Assembly: GCA_963803805.1 (NCBI GenBank)
Contig: CAWDOD010000006.1
Span: 96,001 to 160,000 of the forward strand
DNA from: an uncultured cyanobacterium
Lineage (GTDB): Bacteria; Cyanobacteriota; Cyanobacteriia; Cyanobacteriales; CAWCAG01
Length of the DNA stretch: 64,000 bases
Direction of reading: 5' to 3'
A program made the translations under genes and the position numbers. The notes under the pieces were generated by a model that was not told the origin of the DNA, did not search any database, and saw only the letters and a list, made by a program, of their open reading frames with translations. This document shows, in pieces, positions 39,640 through 51,005 of the stretch. How positions within the stretch are numbered: the first letter of the stretch is position 1; each line of letters opens with the position of its first letter.

Positions 39640-42543
39640 TTATTTATCATCAGTAGCTTCTACCCGGAAGCGTTCTACCCCAGATAATAAGTCTCTAGCA
39701 ATGGTAACTAAATTTTGCAGAGCAGAAGAAACTCGTTGGGATTCTTGAGAAGTTTCTTGGGCGGTTAGTTCCACAGATTGCATAACCTGAGCAACAGCTT
39801 TAGATGTTTCCGTTTGTTCTACGGTATCTGCGGCGATAGAGCGTACTAAAGCATCAATACGGTTGGATACTTGGACAATATCTTCTAGGGAGCGCTTAGC
39901 TTGCTCTGCACGCTTTGTACCATCAATAACTTGTTGTGTACCTTCTTCCATTGCTGTCATCACAGAGCTAGTTTCTCCTTGGATTTGCAGCACAATTTGT
40001 TCAATTTCTTTTAAGGCTTTAGCGGATTTATCAGCTAACTGCCGTACTTCATCAGCAACAATAGCAAAACCTTTACCCGCTTCTCCAGCCCTAGCTGCTT
40101 CAATGGAAGCATTAAGAGCAAGTAAGTTTGTTCTAGCGGCAATTTGAGCAATTACTTGGACAATTTGACCAATTTTCTGGGATGACTCTCCTAAACGTTT
40201 AACCTTACGGGTAGTTTCGGCTACAGTTTCCCTAATTTGTAAAATACCAGCAACAGTATGTTCTACCGCTTCCCCACCTTTAAGAGCCGTAGAAGAGGCA
40301 GAACGAGCCACATCCTCAGCTTCACGGGCATTTTCTGCTACCCGTTGAATTGAGTCAGTCATCATTTGTACTGAATTTAGGGTGACAGCTAACTCTTCTG
40401 CTTGGCGCAAAGCATCACTAGATAAACCACGGGCAAAAGATTCACTATCGGTAGAATTTTTATTAACTTGCCTTGCGGCTTGTTTAACCTGTTGGACAAT
40501 TTCTCTCAGGTTTTGGATCGTTAAGTTAAAAGCATCAGCTACAGCTCCTAATACATCTGCTGTAACTTCTGCTTGAACAGTTAAATCTCCCCTAGCTGCC
40601 CCTTCTACATCATCTAGCAAGCGAATAACTTGCCTTTGTAAATCTTCCTTTTGTTGCTCTTGTTCATCTGCTTTACGCTGGGCTTCGCTGGTAGTGGTTA
40701 AAATCACCCTAGCCATTTGGTTAAAACCTGCGGCTAAGCGCCCAAACTCATCTTCAGTGTAAACTGTCGCTTTGGCATTAAGATTACCTTGGCACACCGA
40801 ATCAAATTGCCCTTGTAGATTATTGGTAGCTCTTTTAACTTGCTTAGCGGTTTTTTGACCTAAAAACCAAGTTGTACCAAAACTAGCCGCCCCAGCAATA
40901 AGAGTAGTTATAAACCCAGCTCCTCTTAGGTAGGGAATTACTGCTGCTTTACTCTCTTCAGGAGCAAGATTAGAAGCCCCAAAACTAACCGTAGCTACAG
41001 CAATCATGGAAACGCCCCCAGCAATTAAAGCTTGAAGCAAATTCTTCTTTTCTAGAGGAGCATTTTCATAAAACCCAAGTACTCCTTGTTCTCCTTGAAC
41101 ACTAGGTTCCACCTCAAGCTCTGTAGGGCTAGTAAAATTAGTAGCTACACTAGCTGGACTATCAGTAATACCAAAGCCTTCACCACTAGCAATATTTTCT
41201 TTGCTAGTAGGGATTTTAGAAGAAGCTAGATTCGGTTGGCTATCAAAACCAAAACTTGAATCAGCTAAATCACTACTACTACCAATACTACTGCTATCAA
41301 CTTCTGGCATATCAAAAGGAACACTACCAAGATCATCGTTGAAGACATCAAATTCTTCTAGAAAACCTCCACCTTCACTCTGCTCGTCAGCAATATTTCC
41401 CGAAACGAAGCCATTTTCTTGCTCTACGGAGAAAGAGTCATCGCCAAAAGCACTATCAAAGTCTTGGAAACTATCAAAGTCCTCTTGGGAACTAGCACCA
41501 TTTTCTTGTGAATTATTGTAAGAGTCCTCTAAAAATTGCTCTGCTTGGTTCAATTCTTGGTCATCGAAATAACCTAAATTTTCTCCTTCTTGATCCAAGG
41601 TATCTTGTAACTCTCCAGAGGACATGAGGAGGGTTTCTTGAAAATCTTGAGGTTGAGAGCTTTGAGAAGGAGTTTGTTCGGCGGCAATATCTTCAAAGGT
41701 TTCTTCTGTTTGGGCATCAAATTCTTGAGGAAAATCTTCTAAGCCAGAGTTTTGCTCAAAACTACCGTTAGGAGGGATAACGAAGGTTGCACCTAGATTA
41801 TCTTCAGGAAGTTCATCAAAAATGCTATCTTCTGCCTCTAGAGGGCTATTATTAAGACTTTCATCAAGGGAGAAAGCATTGTCAAAAGGCGTTTCCTCTC
41901 CATCTTGTGACCAATTTTCATCTACTAATTCTTCAGAAGCAAAAGGGTTACTTGTGTCTTCTAAGTTTTCATAGTCGTCCCTAGAGTTACTGAAGTTATT
42001 AGCTTCAGTATTTCCAAAAGGGCTAGAAGACTGTTGTGATTCTGAGGGTAAATCCCCTAAAGAACCTGCGCTCAAGCTATCATCATCGAAATTAAAGTTA
42101 CCAAGATCGAAGTCCCCTTCAGCACTGAGTTGTTCATCTCCTTCTGCTTGTAGATATTGATAGTCTTCTAGAGAGTACTCATTTTCCATCTCAGAAGTGT
42201 CAGTGTCTGAGGGGGCAGCCGTATCTACGACCATACCGTTATTATCAAGAAAGTCCTCTTCTTCTTGGGCTTGAATACTGCCTATAGACTCTAAGCCATT
42301 ACTGGCGTATTCTATGTATTCTTGTTCTTCACTGAGCTGGAGAACTAATTCATACTGTTCTTTCGCCACATCATACTGTTGTAAAGCATAGTAAGTATGA
42401 CCTCTCAGTAAAGCGGCGCTCGCTTCTTCTGGAAAATCTGCTGCTACACGGTCAATCATTGCTGCAGCTTCTTCATATTTGCCTAGAGCGTACGCTTTTG
42501 CGGCTTGCCCGTATTCGTTTTCGTAGTCCGTACTTGAGCGCAT
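39640..42543 (-). CDS. pilJ: Methyl-accepting chemotaxis protein (PilJ/HmpD type): TPR, acidic linker, 2 TM, HAMP, MA domain
   Basis: [31 protein letters not shown]; operon context. Confidence 0.9.
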   Translation of the reverse strand: MRSSTDYENEYGQAAKAYALGKYEEAAAMIDRVAADFPEEASAALLRGHTYYALQQYDVAKEQYELVLQLSEEQEYIEYASNGLESIGSIQAQEEEDFLDNNGMVVDTAAPSDTDTSEMENEYSLEDYQYLQAEGDEQLSAEGDFDLGNFNFDDDSLSAGSLGDLPSESQQSSSPFGNTEANNFSNSRDDYENLEDTSNPFASEELVDENWSQDGEETPFDNAFSLDESLNNSPLEAEDSIFDELPEDNLGATFVIPPNGSFEQNSGLEDFPQEFDAQTEETFEDIAAEQTPSQSSQPQDFQETLLMSSGELQDTLDQEGENLGYFDDQELNQAEQFLEDSYNNSQENGASSQEDFDSFQDFDSAFGDDSFSVEQENGFVSGNIADEQSEGGGFLEEFDVFNDDLGSVPFDMPEVDSSSIGSSSDLADSSFGFDSQPNLASSKIPTSKENIASGEGFGITDSPASVATNFTSPTELEVEPSVQGEQGVLGFYENAPLEKKNLLQALIAGGVSMIAVATVSFGASNLAPEESKAAVIPYLRGAGFITTLIAGAASFGTTWFLGQKTAKQVKRATNNLQGQFDSVCQGNLNAKATVYTEDEFGRLAAGFNQMARVILTTTSEAQRKADEQEQQKEDLQRQVIRLLDDVEGAARGDLTVQAEVTADVLGAVADAFNLTIQNLREIVQQVKQAARQVNKNSTDSESFARGLSSDALRQAEELAVTLNSVQMMTDSIQRVAENAREAEDVARSASSTALKGGEAVEHTVAGILQIRETVAETTRKVKRLGESSQKIGQIVQVIAQIAARTNLLALNASIEAARAGEAGKGFAIVADEVRQLADKSAKALKEIEQIVLQIQGETSSVMTAMEEGTQQVIDGTKRAEQAKRSLEDIVQVSNRIDALVRSIAADTVEQTETSKAVAQVMQSVELTAQETSQESQRVSSALQNLVTIARDLLSGVERFRVEATDDK

Positions 42544-42721
42544 TTACCTTATCCTCATCCGCTGAGCCTTTATCTGTGTACCAGTCGTCAGTTGTTATTC
42601 ATTCCGTCTATTCTAGGGCTTTTGCCACTGACTTCAATAATTACTGGCTACAGACAAATCCTAGAAGCACATGAAATTAAGTTTATTTTAAATATCAAGA
42701 TGCTGATAAATATGCTATGTT

Positions 42722-43255
42722 TCACGCTGCCCATCTTGCAGAGCGTAGGATCGCTATCTGGTTGAGTAGCCCTAAAGTCTGTTGGGAATTTTCATTTAAA
42801 ACCCATTCTCTAGGAATGAAGGGAACCATACTATCCGGGACATTTGTTGGCATCTGGGTTTGCTCAATATCTAGCCAATCCATACAGTTAATTTCGTCGA
42901 TGGCTAATCCGAGAATACTTTCTTGGTCTTCAATGGCAATAACCATTATTTCTGGTCGCTCAGTGTTAAGGGTGGTTGTATCCCCTAAAAATTGACCGAG
43001 ATCAGCAACCCAAATTACCTGTCCCCTTAAATTTATCGTTCCCAGTAATAGAGGAGAAGTATTCGGAATGGGAGTAACCCAATCAAGAGGTTGGGCAATT
43101 ACTTCTTTGATCCCCATAGCAGGTAAGGCAAACTCTTGACCCGAAGCAATATAAAATCTTAGGTGCAGTTCTCCTTCAGGAGTTTCTAGTTCCTGAATAT
43201 CTTGGGTAATATCCTGTTGCCCGCTATCAGTTAAAAAGTCTGGATTGCCAACCAT
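42722..43255 (-). CDS. pilI: CheW-like protein (PilI/HmpC)
   Basis: TPIPNTSPLLLGTINLRGQVIWVADL; operon context. Confidence 0.9.
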   Translation of the reverse strand: MVGNPDFLTDSGQQDITQDIQELETPEGELHLRFYIASGQEFALPAMGIKEVIAQPLDWVTPIPNTSPLLLGTINLRGQVIWVADLGQFLGDTTTLNTERPEIMVIAIEDQESILGLAIDEINCMDWLDIEQTQMPTNVPDSMVPFIPREWVLNENSQQTLGLLNQIAILRSARWAA

Positions 43256-43276
43256 ATTTCCTTTCCTTTGTTGTTT

Positions 43277-43642
43277 TTATCCTCGGAGCAGTTGTTTAAC
43301 TGTACCAATCAACTCTGTTGGCTGAAAAGGTTTGGCTATATAAGCATCAGCTCCTTGCTTCATGCCCCAATAGCGATCAAATTCTTCACCTTTGGAAGAA
43401 CACATTACCACTGGTACATCCTGGGTTTTCGGGTCGGCTTTGAGTCGTCGGCAGACTTCATAACCGTTCATCCGAGGCATGACAATATCCAAAACTACCA
43501 GGTCAGGACTAATTTGTTGAATCTGCTCTAAGGCTTCCACGCCATCACTGGCCACAGTGACATTTAAACCACTGCCTTTCAGGAGGTCTGAGATCATTTG
43601 TCGCTGGGCAAGGCTGTCTTCTACAACCAAAACTTTACTCAT
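43277..43642 (-). CDS. pilH: CheY-like response regulator (PilH/HmpB)
   Basis: VVEDS, LDIVMP, AKPF; single receiver domain. Confidence 0.92.
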   Translation of the reverse strand: MSKVLVVEDSLAQRQMISDLLKGSGLNVTVASDGVEALEQIQQISPDLVVLDIVMPRMNGYEVCRRLKADPKTQDVPVVMCSSKGEEFDRYWGMKQGADAYIAKPFQPTELIGTVKQLLRG

Positions 43643-43816
43643 AACTCCCTACCCGATTTGTCGGTTAGCGTTGGTGTAAATGGAACCCACATTTTATTAC
43701 TCGCACTTAATTTTATGATGATTTTTGTAATATGTATGTCTTTGTTTAGAAGCCACCTAAATCAAATTCTGGTGTCTCCTTATAATATTATTATCTCTTG
43801 CTATTTAACTGTTTTT

Positions 43817-45034
43817 TTAGGGTTTTGCTGAGTCTTTTATCGTGCCAAAACCGATATATTTCTCCAATAAAGTTAGTAACTCACTTTTACCGAAAGGTTT
43901 AGTTAAGTAATCCGTTGACCCTACCATCCGCGCTCTAACTCGGTCAATAAAACCTTCTTTTCCTGTCAGCATAATAATTGGTGTTTGTCTGAAAGCAGTG
44001 GATTTACGCAACATTGCACAAATTTCGTAACCATCTAATTCTGGCATGGCAATATCGCACAAAATCAAGTTGGGTTTGACTTGAAAAGCGATACTAAGAG
44101 CTTGAATAGGATTATTAGTGATAGTTGATTGTAAACTTTGAGCTTTTAGAATCTGCTCAATAGTTTTGCCTACAGTTAGATCATCGTCAATACAAAGAAT
44201 ATGAGGAGCTTTACAAGAGTCGTCCTTATTAGTATTTGCTGGAGTAGTATCTGAAGTATCCAAACTATTTAGCTGTACCCAGCCCTTTTTGACATAGGGA
44301 TAAATTGCTTTAGCAATAGTAAGGATATCTCTGTTAAGGTAGCGAGAAATCTTGCGTAAGGTGGTTTTCCCATCGGCCAAGTGACCCAAATTTTGGTAAG
44401 TTGCTTGGGGTAGAGCTTCTTTTAAGGAGGGCTTGGCTGTAATGATTGGACATTGATCCGGGGATTGGATATGGGGATGAAACTGTTTCCACTGCTGTAC
44501 TTGTTTTATAACCGTCTTGATTAAAGGAGCAGTTTCTAGAGTTGTCAGTTGAGGTGCTAAGGCAGGACCAGTTTCAAAGACAAAAGAACCTTGATGAAGA
44601 CTTAAAAGATCAAAAAGGGTTTCTTGGGCGATGTGGCGAATAATACTACGGCCCTGGGCAGGGGAGAGAACGTGATTTTCTAAAAGTAACCAAAGACAAG
44701 CGTACTCTGGAGCGTTGTTTGAAGCTATAGATTGGCTATATTCTTGCAAAGGGAGACTCTTTTCAACCTTGTAACGATGCAAATAATCTCGCAAGCGTAA
44801 CAAACCGCCACTACTACTATCAGCCCCATAGGTGATTTGTCCATTTAAGAAAAAAACAAACCAAAAGGGGCGGGCTAATTTGAATTTACTTACCAGTAAA
44901 GGCTCAGCGCCATCAGTGGTTTGAGGACAAGGAGAAGAGTTGTAAGTTTCTACAAATAACTCCCCTGTCCGCTGACCTAGTTCGATCAGTTGCAGTATGC
45001 TACGAATATCAATTTCACTTAAAGTTCCCTGCAT
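43817..45034 (-). CDS. pilG: PatA-type response regulator (PilG/HmpA)
   Basis: N-terminal MQGTLSEIDIRSILQLIELGQRTGEL (DUF4388/PATAN) and C-terminal receiver domain. Confidence 0.88.
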   Translation of the reverse strand: MQGTLSEIDIRSILQLIELGQRTGELFVETYNSSPCPQTTDGAEPLLVSKFKLARPFWFVFFLNGQITYGADSSSGGLLRLRDYLHRYKVEKSLPLQEYSQSIASNNAPEYACLWLLLENHVLSPAQGRSIIRHIAQETLFDLLSLHQGSFVFETGPALAPQLTTLETAPLIKTVIKQVQQWKQFHPHIQSPDQCPIITAKPSLKEALPQATYQNLGHLADGKTTLRKISRYLNRDILTIAKAIYPYVKKGWVQLNSLDTSDTTPANTNKDDSCKAPHILCIDDDLTVGKTIEQILKAQSLQSTITNNPIQALSIAFQVKPNLILCDIAMPELDGYEICAMLRKSTAFRQTPIIMLTGKEGFIDRVRARMVGSTDYLTKPFGKSELLTLLEKYIGFGTIKDSAKP

Positions 45035-45401
45035 ATAGGAAAAGTCTGCTCCTTGAAGAGTGAAAAAGTGCTAAATTTACAGTGCAATTTATATATCAAA
45101 ATAAATGAAGCAATTTTGAAGTTAAGTCTTGGATCTTAGCCAATTACTTACCAGAAAAGTCAAATACTAACACCAATTTTGCCTACCATATGTTATTTAG
45201 TTTAGTTTAAGGTCTTGTCCGAGAACAGCAAGGAAAGTCTAGAATGACATCTAAAATCAAGTAACTTTTTGTAAAACTTGACTATTTATAGCTAGTGTCA
45301 TAACTAAAATTCCGTAGTTGAATTAGACTAAATAAATTATCAAAGGACAGTTTTCCTTTCAAGTAATTTAACGCACAACAAGTATCGAGAGGAACATCAG
45401 C

Positions 45402-47174
45402 GTGCTGTATCTTGCAGAAGTTAAAAAGCAAAAAGGCGGGTTCATGGGAGGAGCCAAGACTGAACTCAAGCTCTTAGCTTGTCAGCGCAAGGATATTTGG
45501 AGCGCTGTAGCCGGTGAAGAACTGGTTCCTGCCGAAGAAGCCGGTAACTTTAATGAAGGGGCTTTAATTGTCCTTGAACTAGGAAACAATAAGCAAATTC
45601 AAGGTAATATTGAACCAGCCGGACCAAGGATTATTTCCTTGATGCAACAGTTTGGTCGTCTTCTTGAAAAATCTTCAGACCAAGAAAAAGAAATTGAGGA
45701 GTGGCGAGAATCTTTACAAGCTCAAATGGAAGCGATCCAACAAAAGGAAGAGGAAATGTATACTCAGTTGGATCAAATTGATGAGGCTAAAGAGGATTTA
45801 GAGCGTTTAGAAGCGCAAAAAGAAGAAGTTGAAAAAGCTAGGCAAGAATCTGAACAGTACAAGGAAGAAGCAGACAAACTAAGAGAAGAATTTGAGCGCA
45901 AAAGCCAAGAGCTTGAAGGTGCTTGGGAACATCTACGGGGAGAACAGCGCAAGCTAGAAGATTTGCAAAATGAAGTTCAGCCTGCTGGAGTTGGTTTAGA
46001 GGAAGAACAAGCAGGGAGAATGAAAGAGTTGGTAGAATATCTTTCGTCTACGGTGATTCCCATAGAATCTTTGCAGGAAGATTTAAACCAAGTCCTCGAA
46101 GTTGCTAACGAGCAACAAACTAATTTCGGCAATCACTGGCAAAGCTTAGAACAGCAAAGAGGAGAGGTTCAGCAAAAGCAAGAGGAAATAGACCAAAAGC
46201 AAGAAGAAATTCGTAACAAGCAACAGGAGTTTCAGGAACTACTGGTGAAATTAGAGGATAAAAAGCAGGCTTTCCTAGCTCAGCAAAAGATATTGGAGAG
46301 AAAGGAAGAATCGCTGACGAGGCTTAAAAATCAACTCCAGAGCCAAGAAGAACTTTATACTCAACTTTCCAAACTGGCCCAGGGGGAAGTTGTAGAATCT
46401 GAGGAGCAAGGGATAAATATTGAAGAATTGGAAAATAAGCCTATTGAAGAGCTACAAGCAATAGTCGATGAGCTACAGCAAGATTTTGATCGCCGGGAAA
46501 GAGGGGTTCAAGATCAAGAAGAAGAGCTAAAATTACAGCGTCAAGACGTAGAACAATTACAAGACAAACTTGAAGCAGCTAATGCTCTTGATAAGACAGC
46601 TATAGAAGAAGAACTAGCTGATGCTCAAGAAGCAAAAAAAATGCTAGACGAGAGCTTTGTGGGAACATTACGCAATCTTAAGGAGCGAGAATCTGTTTTA
46701 AATAAACATATTAAGGTTTTGCGTCGTCGCCAAGGAATTATGGATAATGAGGCAGGAGAGCAAAATATCGATTTGCAACCTGTTTTAAGTAAGCTTGAAA
46801 AGCAAAAACAGGAGCAGCAACAAGAACTACAGGCTCTTGAAGAAGAAATGCAGCTTGTTGAGACTGGGACACAACAACTAGAAGAAGAAGTTAAGCAACT
46901 AACAGAAGATAAGCAAGCACAACAAGCAAGCTTGCAAGAATTAGAATCTGTTTTTGGGCAAGAGCAAATAGCTTTAGCTCAGCTTGGGGGTAAACTTAGC
47001 CTTTATGAAGAAGCTTTACAACCTTTTCAAGATAACCTTGATCGTACCAAAGAAAAATTAGAAAGTATTTCTGAGTTAGTTACCCAATTCCAACAAACGG
47101 GAGAATATCAACTCCAGGCTGTTGGCGATTTACGTCAAATTATTGAAGATTTGGGTGGAACGAACCAACAATGA
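45402..47174 (+). CDS. hmpF: Pilus motility/taxis coiled-coil protein HmpF
   Basis: MLYLAEVKKQKGGFMGG N-terminus, long coiled coil, divergent from the pilG-J cluster. Confidence 0.85.
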   Translation: MLYLAEVKKQKGGFMGGAKTELKLLACQRKDIWSAVAGEELVPAEEAGNFNEGALIVLELGNNKQIQGNIEPAGPRIISLMQQFGRLLEKSSDQEKEIEEWRESLQAQMEAIQQKEEEMYTQLDQIDEAKEDLERLEAQKEEVEKARQESEQYKEEADKLREEFERKSQELEGAWEHLRGEQRKLEDLQNEVQPAGVGLEEEQAGRMKELVEYLSSTVIPIESLQEDLNQVLEVANEQQTNFGNHWQSLEQQRGEVQQKQEEIDQKQEEIRNKQQEFQELLVKLEDKKQAFLAQQKILERKEESLTRLKNQLQSQEELYTQLSKLAQGEVVESEEQGINIEELENKPIEELQAIVDELQQDFDRRERGVQDQEEELKLQRQDVEQLQDKLEAANALDKTAIEEELADAQEAKKMLDESFVGTLRNLKERESVLNKHIKVLRRRQGIMDNEAGEQNIDLQPVLSKLEKQKQEQQQELQALEEEMQLVETGTQQLEEEVKQLTEDKQAQQASLQELESVFGQEQIALAQLGGKLSLYEEALQPFQDNLDRTKEKLESISELVTQFQQTGEYQLQAVGDLRQIIEDLGGTNQQ

Positions 47175-47208
47175 ATCAATGTTTAATAATAAATAAATGG
47201 TATAAACT

Positions 47209-47598
47209 GTGACAACTGCTGAATTTTCTGCTGCCAAAAAACAAACTATCAAACTCAAACCTAGCTACGTCTTGCCTTTAGTGCTGACATTGGGTTCAAT
47301 TCCTTTACTACTAGTCCAACCTTGGGTCGCAGGAGCAATTTCGCTGTTTGGACTTTTTCTGCTTTTTCAAACAGTTACCATTAACTTACAGTTTACCGCC
47401 ACCGCATTAGAAGTATATCGCTCAGAAAAGCTAATTCGCTCTTTTCCTTACTCAGAGTGGCAAAATTGGCGTATTTTCTGGACTAGAGTCCCGATTTTGT
47501 TTTATTTCAAAGAAGTTAATAGTATTCATTTTTTGCCGATTATCTTTGATCCTAAAACTCTCAAAGCTTGCCTTGAAAAACACTGTCCCAGAAACTAG
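47209..47598 (+). CDS. DUF3119 family membrane protein
   Basis: FPYSEWQNWRIFW, YFKEVNSIHFLPI. Confidence 0.85.
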   Translation: MTTAEFSAAKKQTIKLKPSYVLPLVLTLGSIPLLLVQPWVAGAISLFGLFLLFQTVTINLQFTATALEVYRSEKLIRSFPYSEWQNWRIFWTRVPILFYFKEVNSIHFLPIIFDPKTLKACLEKHCPRN

Positions 47599-47617
47599 TC
47601 TAACTATTTTTAACTAA

Positions 47618-48772
47618 ATGAATTCAGACGAATCTCAAGTCCCAGAAACCGGAAAAGATGTTCCTCAAACCTCTGATAAGTTAGAGGCTCTTTTGATAGA
47701 ACCGAAACCAGAAGAGCAAGGGCAAGAAGGAAAGATAGAGCAAAGTGATCCTCAGCAAGATTCTCAAGTTACTGAAGCGGTTAATTCAGAAGTAGATGTA
47801 GATGATCTCAGCCAAGCAGTAATAGAATTACAACAACAAAAACAGTCCTTAGAGCAAGAAATTATTAGCCTCCAAGAGCAGAAGAATCAGTTAATCGCAG
47901 AGCAAACAGCAGCAGTAAAAGCTGATTTAGGGCAGATTGTTAAAGATGGTTTAAAGGAATTGCAAAAGCGACAACAAGCACTACAAGTTAATGTAGAACA
48001 GCTAGAACGTCGCCGCGATCGCATCAGAGAAGAAATGCGTACGACTTTTGCTGGTGTTTCTCAAGATTTAGCTGTTAGGGTACAGGGTTTTAAAGATTAT
48101 CTAGTGGGCAGTTTACAAGATTTGACCGTAGCAGCAGAACAATTAGAACTGTCAGGGTATGATGAGTGGGAAACGGCTCCGCAGCCTGAAATCACAAGAG
48201 CTAAAGAATCTCAAATAGAGCCTCAGTTTGCTGAACAAACTTTCCAGGATCGAGTAAGACAGATTCGTGAGATTCTTGATCAATACCGTACTGTCCCCGA
48301 TTATTATGGCCCTCCTTGGCAACTCCGCCGCACTTTTGAACCCATTCATGCTGAAAGGGTTCGGGGTTGGTTTTTTACCCAAGGAGGTAGAGGGGCAATC
48401 AAATCTATGGGCAGTCGGTTACAGAATATTTTAATTGCTTCAGCGATAATGTCTGTATTGAAAAAACTATACGGTAATCGCTCCCGTACTTTGGTTTTAG
48501 CTAATACTCCAGAAAGGTTAGGAGAATGGCGACGCAGCTTACAAGACTGCTTAGGCATTTCCCGAAGCGATTTTGGTCCGGAGAGGGGAGTTACTCTTTT
48601 TGAGTCTCCTGATGCCCTTGTAATGAAGGCTGAGCGACTTTTGGATGATAAATTTTTGCCCTTGATTATTATTGATGAAACAGAAGAGCAAATCGATTTA
48701 TCTTTACTTCAGTTTCCTCTTTGGCTAGCTTTTGCCCCAGAACCTCAGCAAAATTCAAGTTATATGTATTAA
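47618..48772 (+). CDS. DUF3086 family protein
   Basis: Coiled coil followed by RVQGFKDYLVGSLQDL and PDYYGPPWQLRR. Confidence 0.85.
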   Translation: MNSDESQVPETGKDVPQTSDKLEALLIEPKPEEQGQEGKIEQSDPQQDSQVTEAVNSEVDVDDLSQAVIELQQQKQSLEQEIISLQEQKNQLIAEQTAAVKADLGQIVKDGLKELQKRQQALQVNVEQLERRRDRIREEMRTTFAGVSQDLAVRVQGFKDYLVGSLQDLTVAAEQLELSGYDEWETAPQPEITRAKESQIEPQFAEQTFQDRVRQIREILDQYRTVPDYYGPPWQLRRTFEPIHAERVRGWFFTQGGRGAIKSMGSRLQNILIASAIMSVLKKLYGNRSRTLVLANTPERLGEWRRSLQDCLGISRSDFGPERGVTLFESPDALVMKAERLLDDKFLPLIIIDETEEQIDLSLLQFPLWLAFAPEPQQNSSYMY

Positions 48773-48860
48773 TAATGCTAATGGCTAATTGCTAATGGCT
48801 AATTGCTTTAAACTTTTGGTAATTTACCATTAGACTTGACCTGGAAAACAGGTGTGTGAT

Positions 48861-49511
48861 ATGCCCGACAGTTTATCTTTATTAATAAGTTTAATATTCG
48901 TCATCTTTGCTTACTTGTTAGGTTCTCTTCCCAATGGCTATTTGTTGGGACGCTATTTAGAAGGAATTGATATTCGTGAACATGGTTCCGGTTCTACTGG
49001 GGCCACTAATGTTTTTAGAACTTTAGGTAAAAAGGCTGGTATAGCTGTATTAATAGCTGATTTGCTCAAAGGAGTTGTTGCGGTGGGGGCAGTGAAAGGA
49101 TTTTTTGCTTTTACTGCTCAATCCTTTCTTCCTTTAAACTGGGAACCCTGGTTAGTTACCTTGGCAGCGATCGCAGTAGTTGTTGGCCATAGTAAATCTA
49201 TTTGGCTCAATTTTACTGGAGGAAAATCTGTGGCTACTAGTTTAGGGGTTTTGTTAGTGATGAGTCCTATTGTTGCCTTGGGAACTGTAGCTGCCTTTGC
49301 TTTAGTGTTTGGGGTTTGGCGTATTGTTTCTCTTGGTTCTATTTGTGGGGCGATCGCGGTTAATCTATTGATGGTGGCTTTACATCAACCTCCACCTTAC
49401 ATTGTTTTTGCTGCCATCACCGGAGTTTACGTTATTTGGCGACATCAAAGTAATATCCAACGTCTGTTTGCGGGTACAGAACCAAAGTTAGGAGAAAAGT
49501 TAAGTCAGTAA
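48861..49511 (+). CDS. plsY: Glycerol-3-phosphate acyltransferase PlsY
   Basis: YLLGS, DIREHGSGSTGATNVFR, GGKSVAT, RHQSNIQRL. Confidence 0.95.
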   Translation: MPDSLSLLISLIFVIFAYLLGSLPNGYLLGRYLEGIDIREHGSGSTGATNVFRTLGKKAGIAVLIADLLKGVVAVGAVKGFFAFTAQSFLPLNWEPWLVTLAAIAVVVGHSKSIWLNFTGGKSVATSLGVLLVMSPIVALGTVAAFALVFGVWRIVSLGSICGAIAVNLLMVALHQPPPYIVFAAITGVYVIWRHQSNIQRLFAGTEPKLGEKLSQ

Positions 49512-49576
49512 CTTTTGATAAACCTAGATTTCCCAATTGGTATCAGTTACTATTGGTTTGTGTATTTGTGTGGTTG

Positions 49577-49637
49577 AAGGCACAGGCGCGATTCTCCTAG
49601 GGAGACGCTTCGCGAACGCGATTCCAGTGCCTTTTTT
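49577..49637 (+). terminator. Terminator hairpin after plsY, carrying an SDR5-like insertion
   Basis: aaggcac...gtgcctt plus a T tract; the loop region contains GCGAT[24 nt]CGC. Confidence 0.6.
49588..49619 (+). repeat. SDR5-like element interrupting a HIP1 site
   Basis: GCGAT + tctcctagggagacgcttcgcgaa + CGC. Confidence 0.65.
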
Positions 49638-49827
49638 CTTGAGCAATTTTCGAGAAATAGAAGAATTGCCAATCTCTCTCATCAATAATTAATAATCTAT
49701 AGTTATTGTTATAGTATTGATGTTAGTCTATGCTGTCAGTAGTCTATCAACAAGTAGTGAGGTGATTTTTAAACCAATAACTGCTGCAAAGCTAGCACAT
49801 TTATAGCTTAGAGAGGAAGAACAATCT

Positions 49828-50757
49828 TTGATTCAGTCTACACTACATCAACTCGAAGTTTTTGAAGCTGTTGCTCGGCACGGTAGTTTTACCAGGGCAG
49901 CAGAGGAGTTATTAATAACTCAACCCACTGTCTCCAGTCAAGTTAAGCAACTCTCTAAAGCTATTGGTCTACCATTATACGAACAAATCGGTAAACAACT
50001 TTATCTTACTGAAGCAGGGAAAGAATTATTATCTACCTGTCAGCAAGTTTTTAATAAGCTAGAAAACTTTGAGATGAAAGTTGCTGATTTAAAGGGAACG
50101 AAACAGGGGCGTTTGAACTTAACGGTAGTTACCACCGCTAAATACTTTGTGCCACGCATTCTTGGTTCCTTTTGTCGAGAACATCCAGGCATTGATGTCT
50201 CCCTTCAGGTGATTAATCACCAGCAAATTCAAGAGCGAATGACTCATAATAAAGACGATCTCTATATTATGAGTCAACCTCCTCAAGAAGTGGATCTTTA
50301 TGCCCAGCCCTTCTTAGCTAATCCTTTGGTAGTTTTGGCTCCGGCAGATCATCCTTTAGCTAAAGAAAAGACTATTCCCCTCAAATCTCTCAACAACGAG
50401 TCTTTTATTATGAGGGAACCTGGTTCGGGTACTCGCCAAGCAGTGCAACAAGTATTTACCAAACATAAAATCATGGTTAGGGTTCGTTTGGAATTAGGGA
50501 GCAATGAAGCGATTAAACAAGCAGTGGTGGGTGGTTTAGGGATTTCTGTCCTCTCGCAACATAGCCTTGCTACAGAAATTTCTACTGGAGAATTAGCAAT
50601 TTTAGATGTGGAACATTTTCCTCTGCAACATCGTTGGTATGTTACCTATTTAGCTGGTAAAAAGCTTTCTGTGGTGGCAGAAACCTTTTTAGAGTATTTA
50701 TTGCAAGAAAGCAAAAAGTTTTCTTTAGAAAAAACTCCAGAACTGTTACAAGCGTAA
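49828..50757 (+). CDS. ndhR: LysR-type regulator of inorganic carbon uptake (NdhR/CcmR-like)
   Basis: TLHQLEVFEAVARHGSFTRAAEEL HTH; TTAKYF, REPGSGTR, ELGSNEAIKQA. CbbR subfamily; closest recalled match is NdhR, CmpR not excluded. Confidence 0.75.
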   Translation: MIQSTLHQLEVFEAVARHGSFTRAAEELLITQPTVSSQVKQLSKAIGLPLYEQIGKQLYLTEAGKELLSTCQQVFNKLENFEMKVADLKGTKQGRLNLTVVTTAKYFVPRILGSFCREHPGIDVSLQVINHQQIQERMTHNKDDLYIMSQPPQEVDLYAQPFLANPLVVLAPADHPLAKEKTIPLKSLNNESFIMREPGSGTRQAVQQVFTKHKIMVRVRLELGSNEAIKQAVVGGLGISVLSQHSLATEISTGELAILDVEHFPLQHRWYVTYLAGKKLSVVAETFLEYLLQESKKFSLEKTPELLQA

Positions 50758-50804
50758 TATTAAGATCTCACCTTTACAAAGCTGCTAATATTGTGGTTTG
50801 AGGG

Positions 50805-50830
50805 GTCGCTTAGCGTTGCCGTAAGGCTAT
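50805..50830 (-). repeat. SDR5-like very small dispersed repeat
   Basis: Minus strand atagcc-ttac-ggcaa-cgct-a-agcgac has the same double mini-hairpin layout. Confidence 0.5.
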
Positions 50831-51005
50831 AGGGAATAGTCCCTCTTCCAATGTCAATCTTGCTTTTAGAACTTTCCCTATTCAATCCTCACCCCTTTTA
50901 TTCTCTTATCCGTAGCAAACATTTGCCTATTTCATATAAACATCATTTTTGTAGGGGGTGAGGAATTAAATTATCATGGAAGTACTGTAGTAAGCCTCAT
51001 AATTT

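Noticed and set aside
39640-45034. Chemotaxis cluster lacking CheA as a novelty
   Set aside because: pilG-H-I-J followed by ycf63/mlaE, with the CheA (pilL) elsewhere, is the arrangement known from Synechocystis-like cyanobacteria.
49681-49750. NdhR autoregulatory operator
   Set aside because: ATAG/CTAT/ATCAAT half-sites are present, but no clean consensus spacing could be fixed in this AT-rich DNA.
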